A stretch of DNA of 64,000 bases from a virus. The notes under the pieces were generated by a model. The model worked only from the letters and a program-made list of their open reading frames with translations. It did no database searches and was not told the origin of the DNA. Positions within the stretch are counted from its first letter, which is position 1; each line of letters opens with the position of its first letter. Below, one piece after another: positions 38,075 to 47,641 of this stretch. The DNA lies in IMG/VR virus record IMGVR_UViG_3300014835_000073. One strand, written 5' to 3'. Position numbers and translations under genes: made by a program.

Positions 38075-39484
<1,410 letters not shown>

Positions 39485-39524
39485 TTGATACATTTTTTTG
39501 GTCGCAACAAGGATAAATATAACC

Positions 39525-41561
39525 ATGAATAATAATTTAGATAACATTGCGTTAGACCTATATGGTAAAATACAAACACGGTTTCCTGATATTACCATTG
39601 GTGATGAAAATGCAGCGGTACTGTCGAAAAAGAGTGATATCCCAAGTGCGAGATTTTTTGAATTTGAGTATGAGGAAAACGGCATACCACTTGGTACCAT
39701 AGCCATTACCTTAGACGAAGTGGACGGGATCGTAATTCAGATAAGTGGGGATTTGGCAAATGATACATCTAGTCACTATCATGATGCGTTTACGTTTATA
39801 AGATCTTTTAGAAAATTTGCCAAAAATCGATTGTTAAATTTTGATGTACAAAACATCGGTAAAAGTAATTTAGATAAACGAGATTATCAATTTCAAGCAA
39901 AGAAGACAGAATTACCACATGAATCCCCTATGATGGAAAGTAAAATGTTCGGAACTAGCCGAATTAGTTATCAAGACTTAGGCGAGGCTAGGTTGATGGT
40001 GAAACATACACAGCCAATAAATCCAGATATAGCAGCCGGTAGATCAATGCATATACGTGGAATTTATATTGAAAATGCCGATGGTGAACGATTTAAATAC
40101 CCGTACAAACATCTGCATGGTGCACGGGCGTTGGCCGAACACATTAAACATGGTGGAAATCCGTATGATGCAATTGGTACGCATATCACTGGTTTAAGCG
40201 AAGAAATGAATCAATTGCGAAAATTTAAAGGATATGTCACACGCCAAGAGCAAGTGTCCGAAGCAATGGGGACTGTCACTGGCAAGGTTTTGGAACGTAT
40301 TGATACGATAAAAAAAGAAATTCATAATTTACAAAGAAGTTCGTATTATGAACAGTTTGCTGAATCATTTCAGATACGCGAACAGCGACTAATACCAGAA
40401 GATATTATGAATGACTGGGTTGACCGCTTAACTGTTCGCACATTTAATGAAGAATTGAAATCAGTATTTCCATATTTATATGATATTATTGCAGAAAATG
40501 AACTTCCAGTTCGTGAAATTGACGCTGATGATTTATTGGGCGAAGCTAACTGCTCAGTGGTCGATGATGCCGCTGCCTATTGGGGTAACCAATCAACTGA
40601 ATCTTTATTGCCAGAATTTGCGTTTGAATCATTTATTGACCAAATTATGAATGAAGACAAGAATGAATTATTTAGTCCACATCCAGGTGCTCAAAATAAA
40701 GCAGTGAAAGATTTAAACATTTTATTGGCATCAGAATTAGCTGGTGGTACATCGGGCATTTTGGCATTGAAAGGTATTATTGATGATCCAGTATTGTTGG
40801 GTAAAATTGAAGTGTTAGGCACCGATGCCGAAATTCGCCAAGAAATAAAAGATTATATTTTAGATAAAAATCCAAAATTGATAAAACTGTTGCCAGAACT
40901 TAATAATCCAGCGCCAGCTGATATAGGCGGTGAAAAAATGCCACCTGCAGCTGGTGAAGAAATGCCACCTGTAGCTGGTGAAGAAATGCCACCTGTAGCT
41001 GGTAAAAAATCACCCATGTCTATGACAGAAGGTGCTAATAAATCATCAAAAATGAAAGCTAAATTTATTAAAGCTAAATTAGCTGGTGCGACATTAGATA
41101 CGCCATTTGCTGATAAAATGACCGTGCGTGATGCTATACGTGAATGTGGGCTGGAGCCAATGGAATGTGGATTTTCTGATAATTCTACTGACTCGAAACG
41201 AAATGGCGTTGGACAATTATTACGGGTAATTGTCGGTTTCTGGAATAAAGCAGAACGTAATTTTACGATTGGCGGAACTAGAGCCAAGATTAAATTAGTA
41301 AAGGCTTATGAAGATGGTGAATGTCCACAAGCATCTGGTTCGGATGTTAAAAAAGTATTATTGCTTATTGATAAAATGGACCCTGGCTCAGATGAAAGTG
41401 CACATCAGCATGATGTTTTACGATTAGCCGGTGTTGCGAATCCTAGTGGATATATGGATACTCGTGAAAATAAACTATTGAGTAATCTAACTGGTATGAA
41501 AGAACAATCATTGGCAGAAAATGTTATGACACAAATTAAAAGGAATGCGGGATTACTATGA
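39525..41561 (+). CDS. hypothetical late protein
   Basis: Long ORF after ATAAATA 39513-39519; contains a 3 x 24-bp GEEMPPVA repeat. Confidence 0.7.
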   Translation: MNNNLDNIALDLYGKIQTRFPDITIGDENAAVLSKKSDIPSARFFEFEYEENGIPLGTIAITLDEVDGIVIQISGDLANDTSSHYHDAFTFIRSFRKFAKNRLLNFDVQNIGKSNLDKRDYQFQAKKTELPHESPMMESKMFGTSRISYQDLGEARLMVKHTQPINPDIAAGRSMHIRGIYIENADGERFKYPYKHLHGARALAEHIKHGGNPYDAIGTHITGLSEEMNQLRKFKGYVTRQEQVSEAMGTVTGKVLERIDTIKKEIHNLQRSSYYEQFAESFQIREQRLIPEDIMNDWVDRLTVRTFNEELKSVFPYLYDIIAENELPVREIDADDLLGEANCSVVDDAAAYWGNQSTESLLPEFAFESFIDQIMNEDKNELFSPHPGAQNKAVKDLNILLASELAGGTSGILALKGIIDDPVLLGKIEVLGTDAEIRQEIKDYILDKNPKLIKLLPELNNPAPADIGGEKMPPAAGEEMPPVAGEEMPPVAGKKSPMSMTEGANKSSKMKAKFIKAKLAGATLDTPFADKMTVRDAIRECGLEPMECGFSDNSTDSKRNGVGQLLRVIVGFWNKAERNFTIGGTRAKIKLVKAYEDGECPQASGSDVKKVLLLIDKMDPGSDESAHQHDVLRLAGVANPSGYMDTRENKLLSNLTGMKEQSLAENVMTQIKRNAGLL

Positions 41562-42367
41562 AAAAACTTACAGAAAAACAACTACACGCAACCGTGGCAT
41601 CATTGCGTGAAACTATGGCTATACTATCACCAGTACGGTTGCGTGAAGGTGCCGCTAAGCAAATGCCGTTGGCAAATGCGACCAAACTAGTGGCATCGTC
41701 TATGTCACCGCAATCAGTTGTGGTGACTCCAGCATTTGCTTCACAACAAAATGAAAGTATTAACCCAGAATTGACGAGGTTAATGACGATAACTAATCAT
41801 TTGAGAAATGTAAATGAAGGTTTACACCCAGATTGGATGGATTTGCCACAAAATTCCATGCGACCACCTGGGTATAAAAAATATTCAGATAATGATCTTC
41901 CGCCTATTAAGCCAGATGAATTTTCAGCTAACGATATCCCTGGTGAAATCCCTGGTCATTATGATCGTGCACCAGTCACTGCTCCTGTGAAATCATCTAA
42001 TTATAATGCTACTCATGGCGGCACTGATGCCAAGCCATACCCAGGACAAACTGGTGTACAAGTTGGTCAATTAAATCAACCAGTCCAACCAATTACCCAC
42101 CCAGCTAAGATTGCTAAAGTTTTGACAACTGCTGCTAAAAAGCCAACTAGACAACCAGACCCAATGGTCAAAGCAGCTCAGCAAGGCTTGATAGCCAATG
42201 GATTTTTACCAACTGGTTCTGATGATGGATTGATGGGTGATAAGACAATTGCTGCCTATGCTAAATTTAGTGAAAAATACCCAACAGTTGTGCCGCCTAT
42301 CCGTGAGCATGTTACATTTGGTCATGCGCCAGAATTGGTTCGGATATTGGAATTATCTAGACGCTAA
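41558..42367 (+). CDS. hypothetical protein with C-terminal peptidoglycan-binding-like domain
   Basis: DPMVKAAQQGLIANGF…DDGLMGDKTIAAY resembles PG_binding_1. Confidence 0.6.
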   Translation: MKKLTEKQLHATVASLRETMAILSPVRLREGAAKQMPLANATKLVASSMSPQSVVVTPAFASQQNESINPELTRLMTITNHLRNVNEGLHPDWMDLPQNSMRPPGYKKYSDNDLPPIKPDEFSANDIPGEIPGHYDRAPVTAPVKSSNYNATHGGTDAKPYPGQTGVQVGQLNQPVQPITHPAKIAKVLTTAAKKPTRQPDPMVKAAQQGLIANGFLPTGSDDGLMGDKTIAAYAKFSEKYPTVVPPIREHVTFGHAPELVRILELSRR

Positions 42368-42377
42368 TAAAAAAGCT

Positions 42378-42406
42378 TGCATTTAGTAAATTAGGTATGT
42401 ATAATC
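42378..42406 (+). promoter_or_regulatory. sigma70-type promoter followed by a hairpin
   Basis: TTGCAT-17-TATAAT; TCACTGACT/AGTCAGTGA inverted repeat at about 42411-42446. Confidence 0.6.
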
Positions 42407-42454
42407 TATCTCACTGACTTGGAAAGTTACTAAAATCAGTCAGTGAGGTTACCG

Positions 42455-42869
42455 ATGTTTGATTGGATTGATATTGATACCAATCAATTGTTAAAAAATA
42501 ACTTGACAAGATAGCAATTATCACATATAATATACGAATGTTTGATTGGATTGATATTGATACCAATCAATTGTTAAAAAATAACTTGACAAGATAGCAA
42601 TTATCACATATAATATACGAATGTTTGATTGGATTGATATTGATACCAATCAATTGTTAAAAAATAACTTGACAAGATAGCAATTATCACATATAATATA
42701 CGAATGTTTGATTGGATTGATATTGATACCAATCAATTGTTAAAAAATAACTTGACAAGATAGCAATTATCACATATAATATACGAATGTTTGATTGGAT
42801 TGATATTGATACCAATCAATTGTTAAAAAATAACTTGACAAGATAGCAATTATCACATATAATATACGA
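42455..42869 (+). repeat. five identical 83-bp tandem repeats, each with a consensus sigma70 promoter and a hairpin
   Basis: Units start at 42455, 42538, 42621, 42704, 42787; each has TTGACA-17-TATAAT and a TTGATTGG/CCAATCAA inverted repeat. Confidence 0.95.
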
Positions 42870-42957
42870 ATTGGTTATCCAATAACCAATTATAGGCAAA
42901 TAAAATTACGATAGGCCAATTAAGGCATAAACTTTCAATCAATTAAGGGAACTACAC

Positions 42958-43971
42958 ATGGCTACATTAGCAGAAATTAGAGCAAAATTAAAACAGTCTG
43001 AACAAGGTGCTGACGGTACTAAGACAAGAACAAATGGCGATAACTCAGTATATCCATTTTGGAATATTAAGGAAGGCGCAGAATCTGTATTTCGTTTCTT
43101 ACCAGATGGCAATGACGATAACATATTTTTCTGGGTTGAACGAGCAATGATTAAACTTCCATTTGCTGGTATCAAAGGTGAAACTGATACCAGAGAAGTT
43201 ATTGTCCAAGTGCCATGCGTTGAAATGTATAATGATGGGTCAGTTTGTCCAATTCTTTCTGAAGTTCGAGGCTGGTTTAAAGATCCATCGCTGGAAGCAA
43301 TGGGTCGGAAATATTGGAAAAAACGTAGTTATATTTTTCAAGGTGTAGTTACTGAAGATGGACTGGCTGAAACAGACGGACCAGCAAATCCGATTCGTAG
43401 ATTCATTATCGGTCCACAAATTTTTACACTTATTCGTGCTGCTTTGGTTGATCCTGAATTAGAAGACATGCCAACTGATTACGTTAATGGTATTGATTTT
43501 CGCCTAAAGAAAGGTAGTAAAGGTGGTTATGCTGATTATTCAACTTCTAGTTGGAGCCGCCGTACTCGTCCATTATCAACTATTGAGTTAGGAGCAATTG
43601 ATCAATATAAATTAACTAATCTGTCTGATTTTTTGCCTAAGAAGCCAACTGCGATTGATTTACAAATGATCAAAGAAATGTTTGAGGCATCAGTTGGTGG
43701 TGAAGCCTATGATGCGGCTAGATGGAGTCTTTATTATAAACCTGCCAGCCTATCTCAGTCAACTGGTGATCCAACTAAAACTGTTGGCTCAAATACCTAC
43801 GCATCGGTTGCTGTAGTTGATTCTGATGTAATACCATTTGTTGTTGATAAATCTCCGGTATTAGAAGTTGAACCGGTGGCTATTCAATCACCTGCAGCAG
43901 TTCCAGCTACCAACGATAATCGTGCGCAAGATATCTTAGCTATGATTCGTAGTCGTAGTCAAGCTCAATAA
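42958..43971 (+). CDS. gp32: single-stranded DNA-binding protein (gp32-like)
   Basis: RFLPDGN…FW…CP…RKYWKKRSY…G.DF.LKK..KGGYADY..S.W; acidic/Pro tail. Confidence 0.88.
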   Translation: MATLAEIRAKLKQSEQGADGTKTRTNGDNSVYPFWNIKEGAESVFRFLPDGNDDNIFFWVERAMIKLPFAGIKGETDTREVIVQVPCVEMYNDGSVCPILSEVRGWFKDPSLEAMGRKYWKKRSYIFQGVVTEDGLAETDGPANPIRRFIIGPQIFTLIRAALVDPELEDMPTDYVNGIDFRLKKGSKGGYADYSTSSWSRRTRPLSTIELGAIDQYKLTNLSDFLPKKPTAIDLQMIKEMFEASVGGEAYDAARWSLYYKPASLSQSTGDPTKTVGSNTYASVAVVDSDVIPFVVDKSPVLEVEPVAIQSPAAVPATNDNRAQDILAMIRSRSQAQ

Positions 43972-43981
43972 CATCACCTAC

Positions 43982-44003
43982 GAGTGGGGGATATCCCCCA
44001 CTC
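43982..44003. repeat. 22-bp perfect GC-rich palindrome (probable terminator)
   Basis: GAGTGGGGGAT|ATCCCCCACTC after gp32. Confidence 0.8.
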
Positions 44004-44048
44004 CTTATAGCCAGGGAGGGCTTAAACTTTCTTTTAAAGAGAAATATT

Positions 44049-44450
44049 ATGAATATTCAAGAACTCCAACAACAAATGTCTATCCTTCAATCACAACTAG
44101 ATCCATTAACTACACAACCTTATGCCTGGGATAATGCTCCAGTAATATGTAAGCTAAACGATGTCAAGTGGCTATTAGGCCCCGAAGCGCCAGAAAAAAT
44201 GAATTGGTATGAGGCTATTGAATGGTGTAGGTCAGTAGGTGGTGAATTGCCGACTCGTGAAATATTGCTAATATGCTACTTAAACACAGAAATCAGAAGG
44301 AAGTTTACAACAGAATGGCACTGGTCAAGCACCGAGTGCTCTGCGGCGTATGCCTGGGGGCAGGGCTTCAGCTATGGCTATCAGGGCAACGGCACCAAGA
44401 CTGGTAGCGACTATGTTAGAGCGGCCCGTGCAATTAAATTAGGAGCATAA
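44049..44450 (+). CDS. DUF1566/Lcl-like C-type-lectin-fold protein with DGR-like variable region
   Basis: MNWYEAIEWC…LPTREIL…WSSTE…AW…F..G…K…YVRAAR. Confidence 0.75.
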   Translation: MNIQELQQQMSILQSQLDPLTTQPYAWDNAPVICKLNDVKWLLGPEAPEKMNWYEAIEWCRSVGGELPTREILLICYLNTEIRRKFTTEWHWSSTECSAAYAWGQGFSYGYQGNGTKTGSDYVRAARAIKLGA

Positions 44451-44452
44451 AA

Positions 44453-44638
44453 ATGAACAAAGAAATACAACAACTAGCAGTTGCTGCCATTACACTACGC
44501 GACCATTTTGCAGGCTGTGCGATGCAGGGTTTGTTATCCGCAGACCCAGAAAATAGATGGGATGCCGCAGACTGTGCTAAGTTTGCGTATCAACAAGCAG
44601 ACGCAATGCTTGAAGTAAGAGAGGCAGCTGATGAGTAA
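44453..44638 (+). CDS. small phage protein (LRDxFAxxAMQG…AY..ADAML family)
   Basis: Recognisable widespread phage small-protein motif. Confidence 0.65.
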   Translation: MNKEIQQLAVAAITLRDHFAGCAMQGLLSADPENRWDAADCAKFAYQQADAMLEVREAADE

Positions 44639-45185
44639 AGAAAAAGAGTTGTTGAAAAGAGTACGAGATACATTGCGTGAATTAAAAGAGACCTATTATG
44701 ACTTATATTGGGATATTCAAGCTGCACTAGACCAACCTGAGCAAGAACCAAGCGTTAAATTACCCGAGTCGGAGGATGAAGCAGCAATGATGAACTTACT
44801 AAGTGATAATTGGTTGAGACATCATGCGCCTCGTAGGTTAAATCAACCTGAGCAAGAGCCTGTGACTTGTAGCCTGTTATCAGATCAGTATATTGAAGAT
44901 AAAAGCCCTAGCTATGACATGACAATCCACGACAATCCAGACGCATTAGCTTGGGCGAGGTTTTTTAGAGAAACAAATCCAGACTGTAATGTAGATGATA
45001 ATACTATGTTTGGCTGGTTTGCTAACGCAATGATGGCGATGCACGACCATACCCGCAGAAATTACACACCACCAAAACGTGAGCCTTTGAGTTTTGACGA
45101 TCTGAATACTATGTGGTGCGAAAACCCCATTGATTTTGCTAGAAGCATAGAATCAATACACGGTATAGGGGTAGCTGATGAGTAA
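44631..45185 (+). CDS. modular hypothetical protein (MSKE…QPEQEP…KREPLS…HGIG)
   Basis: Shares motif blocks with 45178-45522. Confidence 0.7.
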   Translation: MSKEKELLKRVRDTLRELKETYYDLYWDIQAALDQPEQEPSVKLPESEDEAAMMNLLSDNWLRHHAPRRLNQPEQEPVTCSLLSDQYIEDKSPSYDMTIHDNPDALAWARFFRETNPDCNVDDNTMFGWFANAMMAMHDHTRRNYTPPKREPLSFDDLNTMWCENPIDFARSIESIHGIGVADE

Positions 45186-45522
45186 AGAAAGAGAGTTACT
45201 AACAAAGGTAGAGTACTGGTACTCTTATGAGTTTCCGGAAGGCGATCTGTACACAACCATAAAAGCGATTAGAGAGCTACTCGCCCAACCTGAGCAAGAG
45301 CCTGTTACTCTAAATGCAAAGGATACTGAGTTAAGCATTTATGAGGTTTGTTTTAGCACGATGGTTGAGTTGCGCGATTTAAAACAATCACTTTTGAAAC
45401 GTGAGCCTTTGAGCGAAGGCATAATATGCCTAATCTACGACACTACTGATGGTAGTGAGGAGTTCGCTAGAGCCATTGAAAAAGCACACGGTATAGTAGG
45501 AGAACAGTATGACAACAATTAA
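45178..45522 (+). CDS. modular hypothetical protein (MSKE…QPEQEP…KREPLS…HGI)
   Basis: Paralogous scaffold with different inserts. Confidence 0.7.
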   Translation: MSKERELLTKVEYWYSYEFPEGDLYTTIKAIRELLAQPEQEPVTLNAKDTELSIYEVCFSTMVELRDLKQSLLKREPLSEGIICLIYDTTDGSEEFARAIEKAHGIVGEQYDNN

Positions 45523-45853
45523 CGTCACTGAATATTCAGCATGGTTTACTGTACAAACGAATCATGGAAGCAAGCTTGAGTTTGTACTAGAGGCAGCAGA
45601 TCAGAGAAAGGGTGACGCTAGGGACAACTTTCATATATACACAACCTATACTGATCACCTATATAACGCAATAACCAAAGAATTTGATAAGCGCAAAACC
45701 ATTAAAGTATTACGCATAGAGGAGTATGGTGACATAAGTATAGAGATAGCGTCCGAGTCCATCACTACACTAGAAAAAGCATTATGTATGTGTGAAAAGG
45801 TTACTCAGATATGGATCAATAAGTACAAAATTAATAAAATGCTCTTCTGTTAA
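45509..45853 (+). CDS. hypothetical protein
   Basis: 114-aa ORF overlapping the upstream stop; AGGAG RBS. Confidence 0.6.
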   Translation: MTTINVTEYSAWFTVQTNHGSKLEFVLEAADQRKGDARDNFHIYTTYTDHLYNAITKEFDKRKTIKVLRIEEYGDISIEIASESITTLEKALCMCEKVTQIWINKYKINKMLFC

Positions 45854-45891
45854 TTCTATCCGCGCAATTAAGCCAAGAATAAAATAGAAGG

Positions 45892-46030
45892 TATTCGTCA
45901 GGCACCGAGTTCGATGCGACGTAGGCTTGGAACCAGGGCTTTTACGATGGCAATCAGACCAGCTACGGCATCAAGTATGCTGAAAAAGAACACGGTATTG
46001 GAGAAACAAAATGAGTAAAGAAAGAGAAAT
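45892..46030 (+). pseudogene. orphan DGR-like VR fragment fused to an EKxHGIG module end
   Basis: YSSGTEFDAT*AWNQGFYDGNQTSYGIKY/AEKEHGIGETK; aligns to 44319-44400. Confidence 0.65.
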
Positions 46031-46032
46031 GT

Positions 46033-46350
46033 ATGTTGAATAATAAAATGATAGAAGCAATAGTTATATTGAAAGGGTTGGACATTGCAACTAAGATAAT
46101 AGCAATGGAGACAATACAATTTACAACCAAGGTTAAAAATAAGGATATAGTAGCCGGTACATTTGGCGCAAGAATAGTCAAAAAATTTAATCAGCTTTAC
46201 CCTGATATGACTCTTATGGAATGTAATAATATATTTGCATTACTTGATAAATGCCAAGACTATGTGACAGATGAATGGTTATCTAGCATAATCGGTGGAT
46301 ATAATCTAAAAGCATGTATAGAAGAAATGGAATACGAGCTTAATTTTTAG
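46033..46350 (+). CDS. hypothetical protein
   Basis: 105-aa ORF. Confidence 0.55.
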   Translation: MLNNKMIEAIVILKGLDIATKIIAMETIQFTTKVKNKDIVAGTFGARIVKKFNQLYPDMTLMECNNIFALLDKCQDYVTDEWLSSIIGGYNLKACIEEMEYELNF

Positions 46351-46392
46351 AGAAGAACAAGCAATAAAACAATTCCCTAATGCTGTTGATGT

Positions 46393-46578
46393 ATGGGCAA
46401 CTTCTATTGGACAATACAGACACATCCTCAATATCCTTGTTATACTATTGGTGGTCGCAGATCATTAACCTTAGCAGATTTAGATGATTGGGATTTAGTA
46501 GAAGAAATTACAGACCCAGAGTTAATCGCTAAATCGTTAAAATATTTTGAAGCATTCAAAGCTAGTTTAAGAATGTAA
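46393..46578 (+). CDS. hypothetical protein (start uncertain)
   Basis: 61-aa ORF without a clear RBS; may be a frameshifted remnant. Confidence 0.35.
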   Translation: MGNFYWTIQTHPQYPCYTIGGRRSLTLADLDDWDLVEEITDPELIAKSLKYFEAFKASLRM

Positions 46579-46587
46579 AAATAAAAC

Positions 46588-46615
46588 TTGACATCTTCTA
46601 CAGATATAGTATAAT
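46588..46615 (+). promoter_or_regulatory. sigma70-type promoter
   Basis: TTGACA-16-TATAAT. Confidence 0.7.
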
Positions 46616-46642
46616 AACTTATACTTAATAAAAAGAGAAAAG

Positions 46643-46728
46643 AAACACTATGAAAGCAAACACTATGAAAGCAAACACTATGAAAGCAAACACTATGAAA
46701 GCATTAAGCATTAAGCATTAAGCATTAA
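46643..46728. repeat. adjacent short tandem repeats (15 bp x4, 7 bp x4)
   Basis: (AAACACTATGAAAGC)4 overlapping (GCATTAA)4. Confidence 0.9.
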
Positions 46729-46874
46729 TTGTTGATTTGAAATTTCACTTACGCATCCTATTTAATATATTGTTAACAATTGCATTGATGGTTTTTACAG
46801 CATTTAACCCAGTGCCAGTAATGATCACTGCAACTTTTATTCTCATATACTTCGTTAAGTCAGCTAGGAATTAA
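46695..46874 (+). pseudogene. small membrane protein interrupted by heptamer expansion
   Basis: One GCATTAA copy gives MKALIVDLKFHLRILFNILLTIALMVFTAFNPVPVMITATFILIYFVKSARN*; four copies create an in-frame TAA. Confidence 0.6.
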
Positions 46875-46875
46875 T

Positions 46876-47574
46876 ATGTTAACTAAGAAATTATTAGAGC
46901 AATTAGACGCGTGTACTGGTGCCATTGAGTTTTGTAATCGATTTAACTTGTTTGGAATGCCATTGGCGATACTTGATAAGATCGAGGGTGATCATTTAGG
47001 TTATGTAAGATGGTTTACTGATCGTAAATTTGAATTATCAGATGGTAATGTTATTCGGATTGATTATTCAAATGGTTATTGGGAAACTTTTGAATATCAG
47101 GATGGCTTGGTTATCCGGGTTGATAGTTCAGATGGTTATTGGGAAACTACTGAATACCAAGATGGATTAGTTATTCGGGTTGATAGTTCAAATGGTTATT
47201 GGAAGAATATTGAATACCAGGATGGATTGGTTATTCGGGTTGATGATTCAGATGGTTATTGGAAGACTACCGAATACCAAAATGGATTGGTTATTCGGAG
47301 TGATGATTCATATGGTTATTGGAATACTTTTGAATATCTGGATGGATTGGTTATTCGGAGTGATGATTCATATGGTTATTGGAATACTTTTGAATATCTG
47401 GATGGATTGGTTATTCGGAGTGATGATTCAGATGGTTATTGGAATACTTTTGAATACCTGAATGGATTGGTTATTCGAACTGATACTTCAACTGGGTGTG
47501 TTGAGACTTTTAAGTATTGGCCTAGTGGTCAATTAAAACAAATTAAAGACATGTATATTCCATTGATAATTTAA
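46876..47574 (+). CDS. 20-aa tandem repeat protein
   Basis: Eight 60-bp units (47041-47520) encoding DGLVIRxDxSxGYWxTxEY(Q/L). Confidence 0.8.
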   Translation: MLTKKLLEQLDACTGAIEFCNRFNLFGMPLAILDKIEGDHLGYVRWFTDRKFELSDGNVIRIDYSNGYWETFEYQDGLVIRVDSSDGYWETTEYQDGLVIRVDSSNGYWKNIEYQDGLVIRVDDSDGYWKTTEYQNGLVIRSDDSYGYWNTFEYLDGLVIRSDDSYGYWNTFEYLDGLVIRSDDSDGYWNTFEYLNGLVIRTDTSTGCVETFKYWPSGQLKQIKDMYIPLII

Positions 47575-47641
47575 TTTTACAATACAGCGGGGAATATTCG
47601 CTGTTATTAACTCCCACAAACTCTAAAATTAGGAAACATTT

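Noticed and set aside
40929-41000. 3 x 24-bp GEEMPPVA repeat
   Set aside because: In-frame low-complexity linker with no evident regulatory consequence
42455-42869. CRISPR array
   Set aside because: Units are fully identical with no unique spacers, and there are no cas genes
46331-46578. Programmed frameshift joining an upstream frame to ORF 46393-46578
   Set aside because: No slippery site or homology to support it
43972-47574. Complete DGR (TR, RT, Avd)
   Set aside because: No AAC-rich template repeat and no reverse transcriptase ORF found by eye in the window; only VR-like segments are reported
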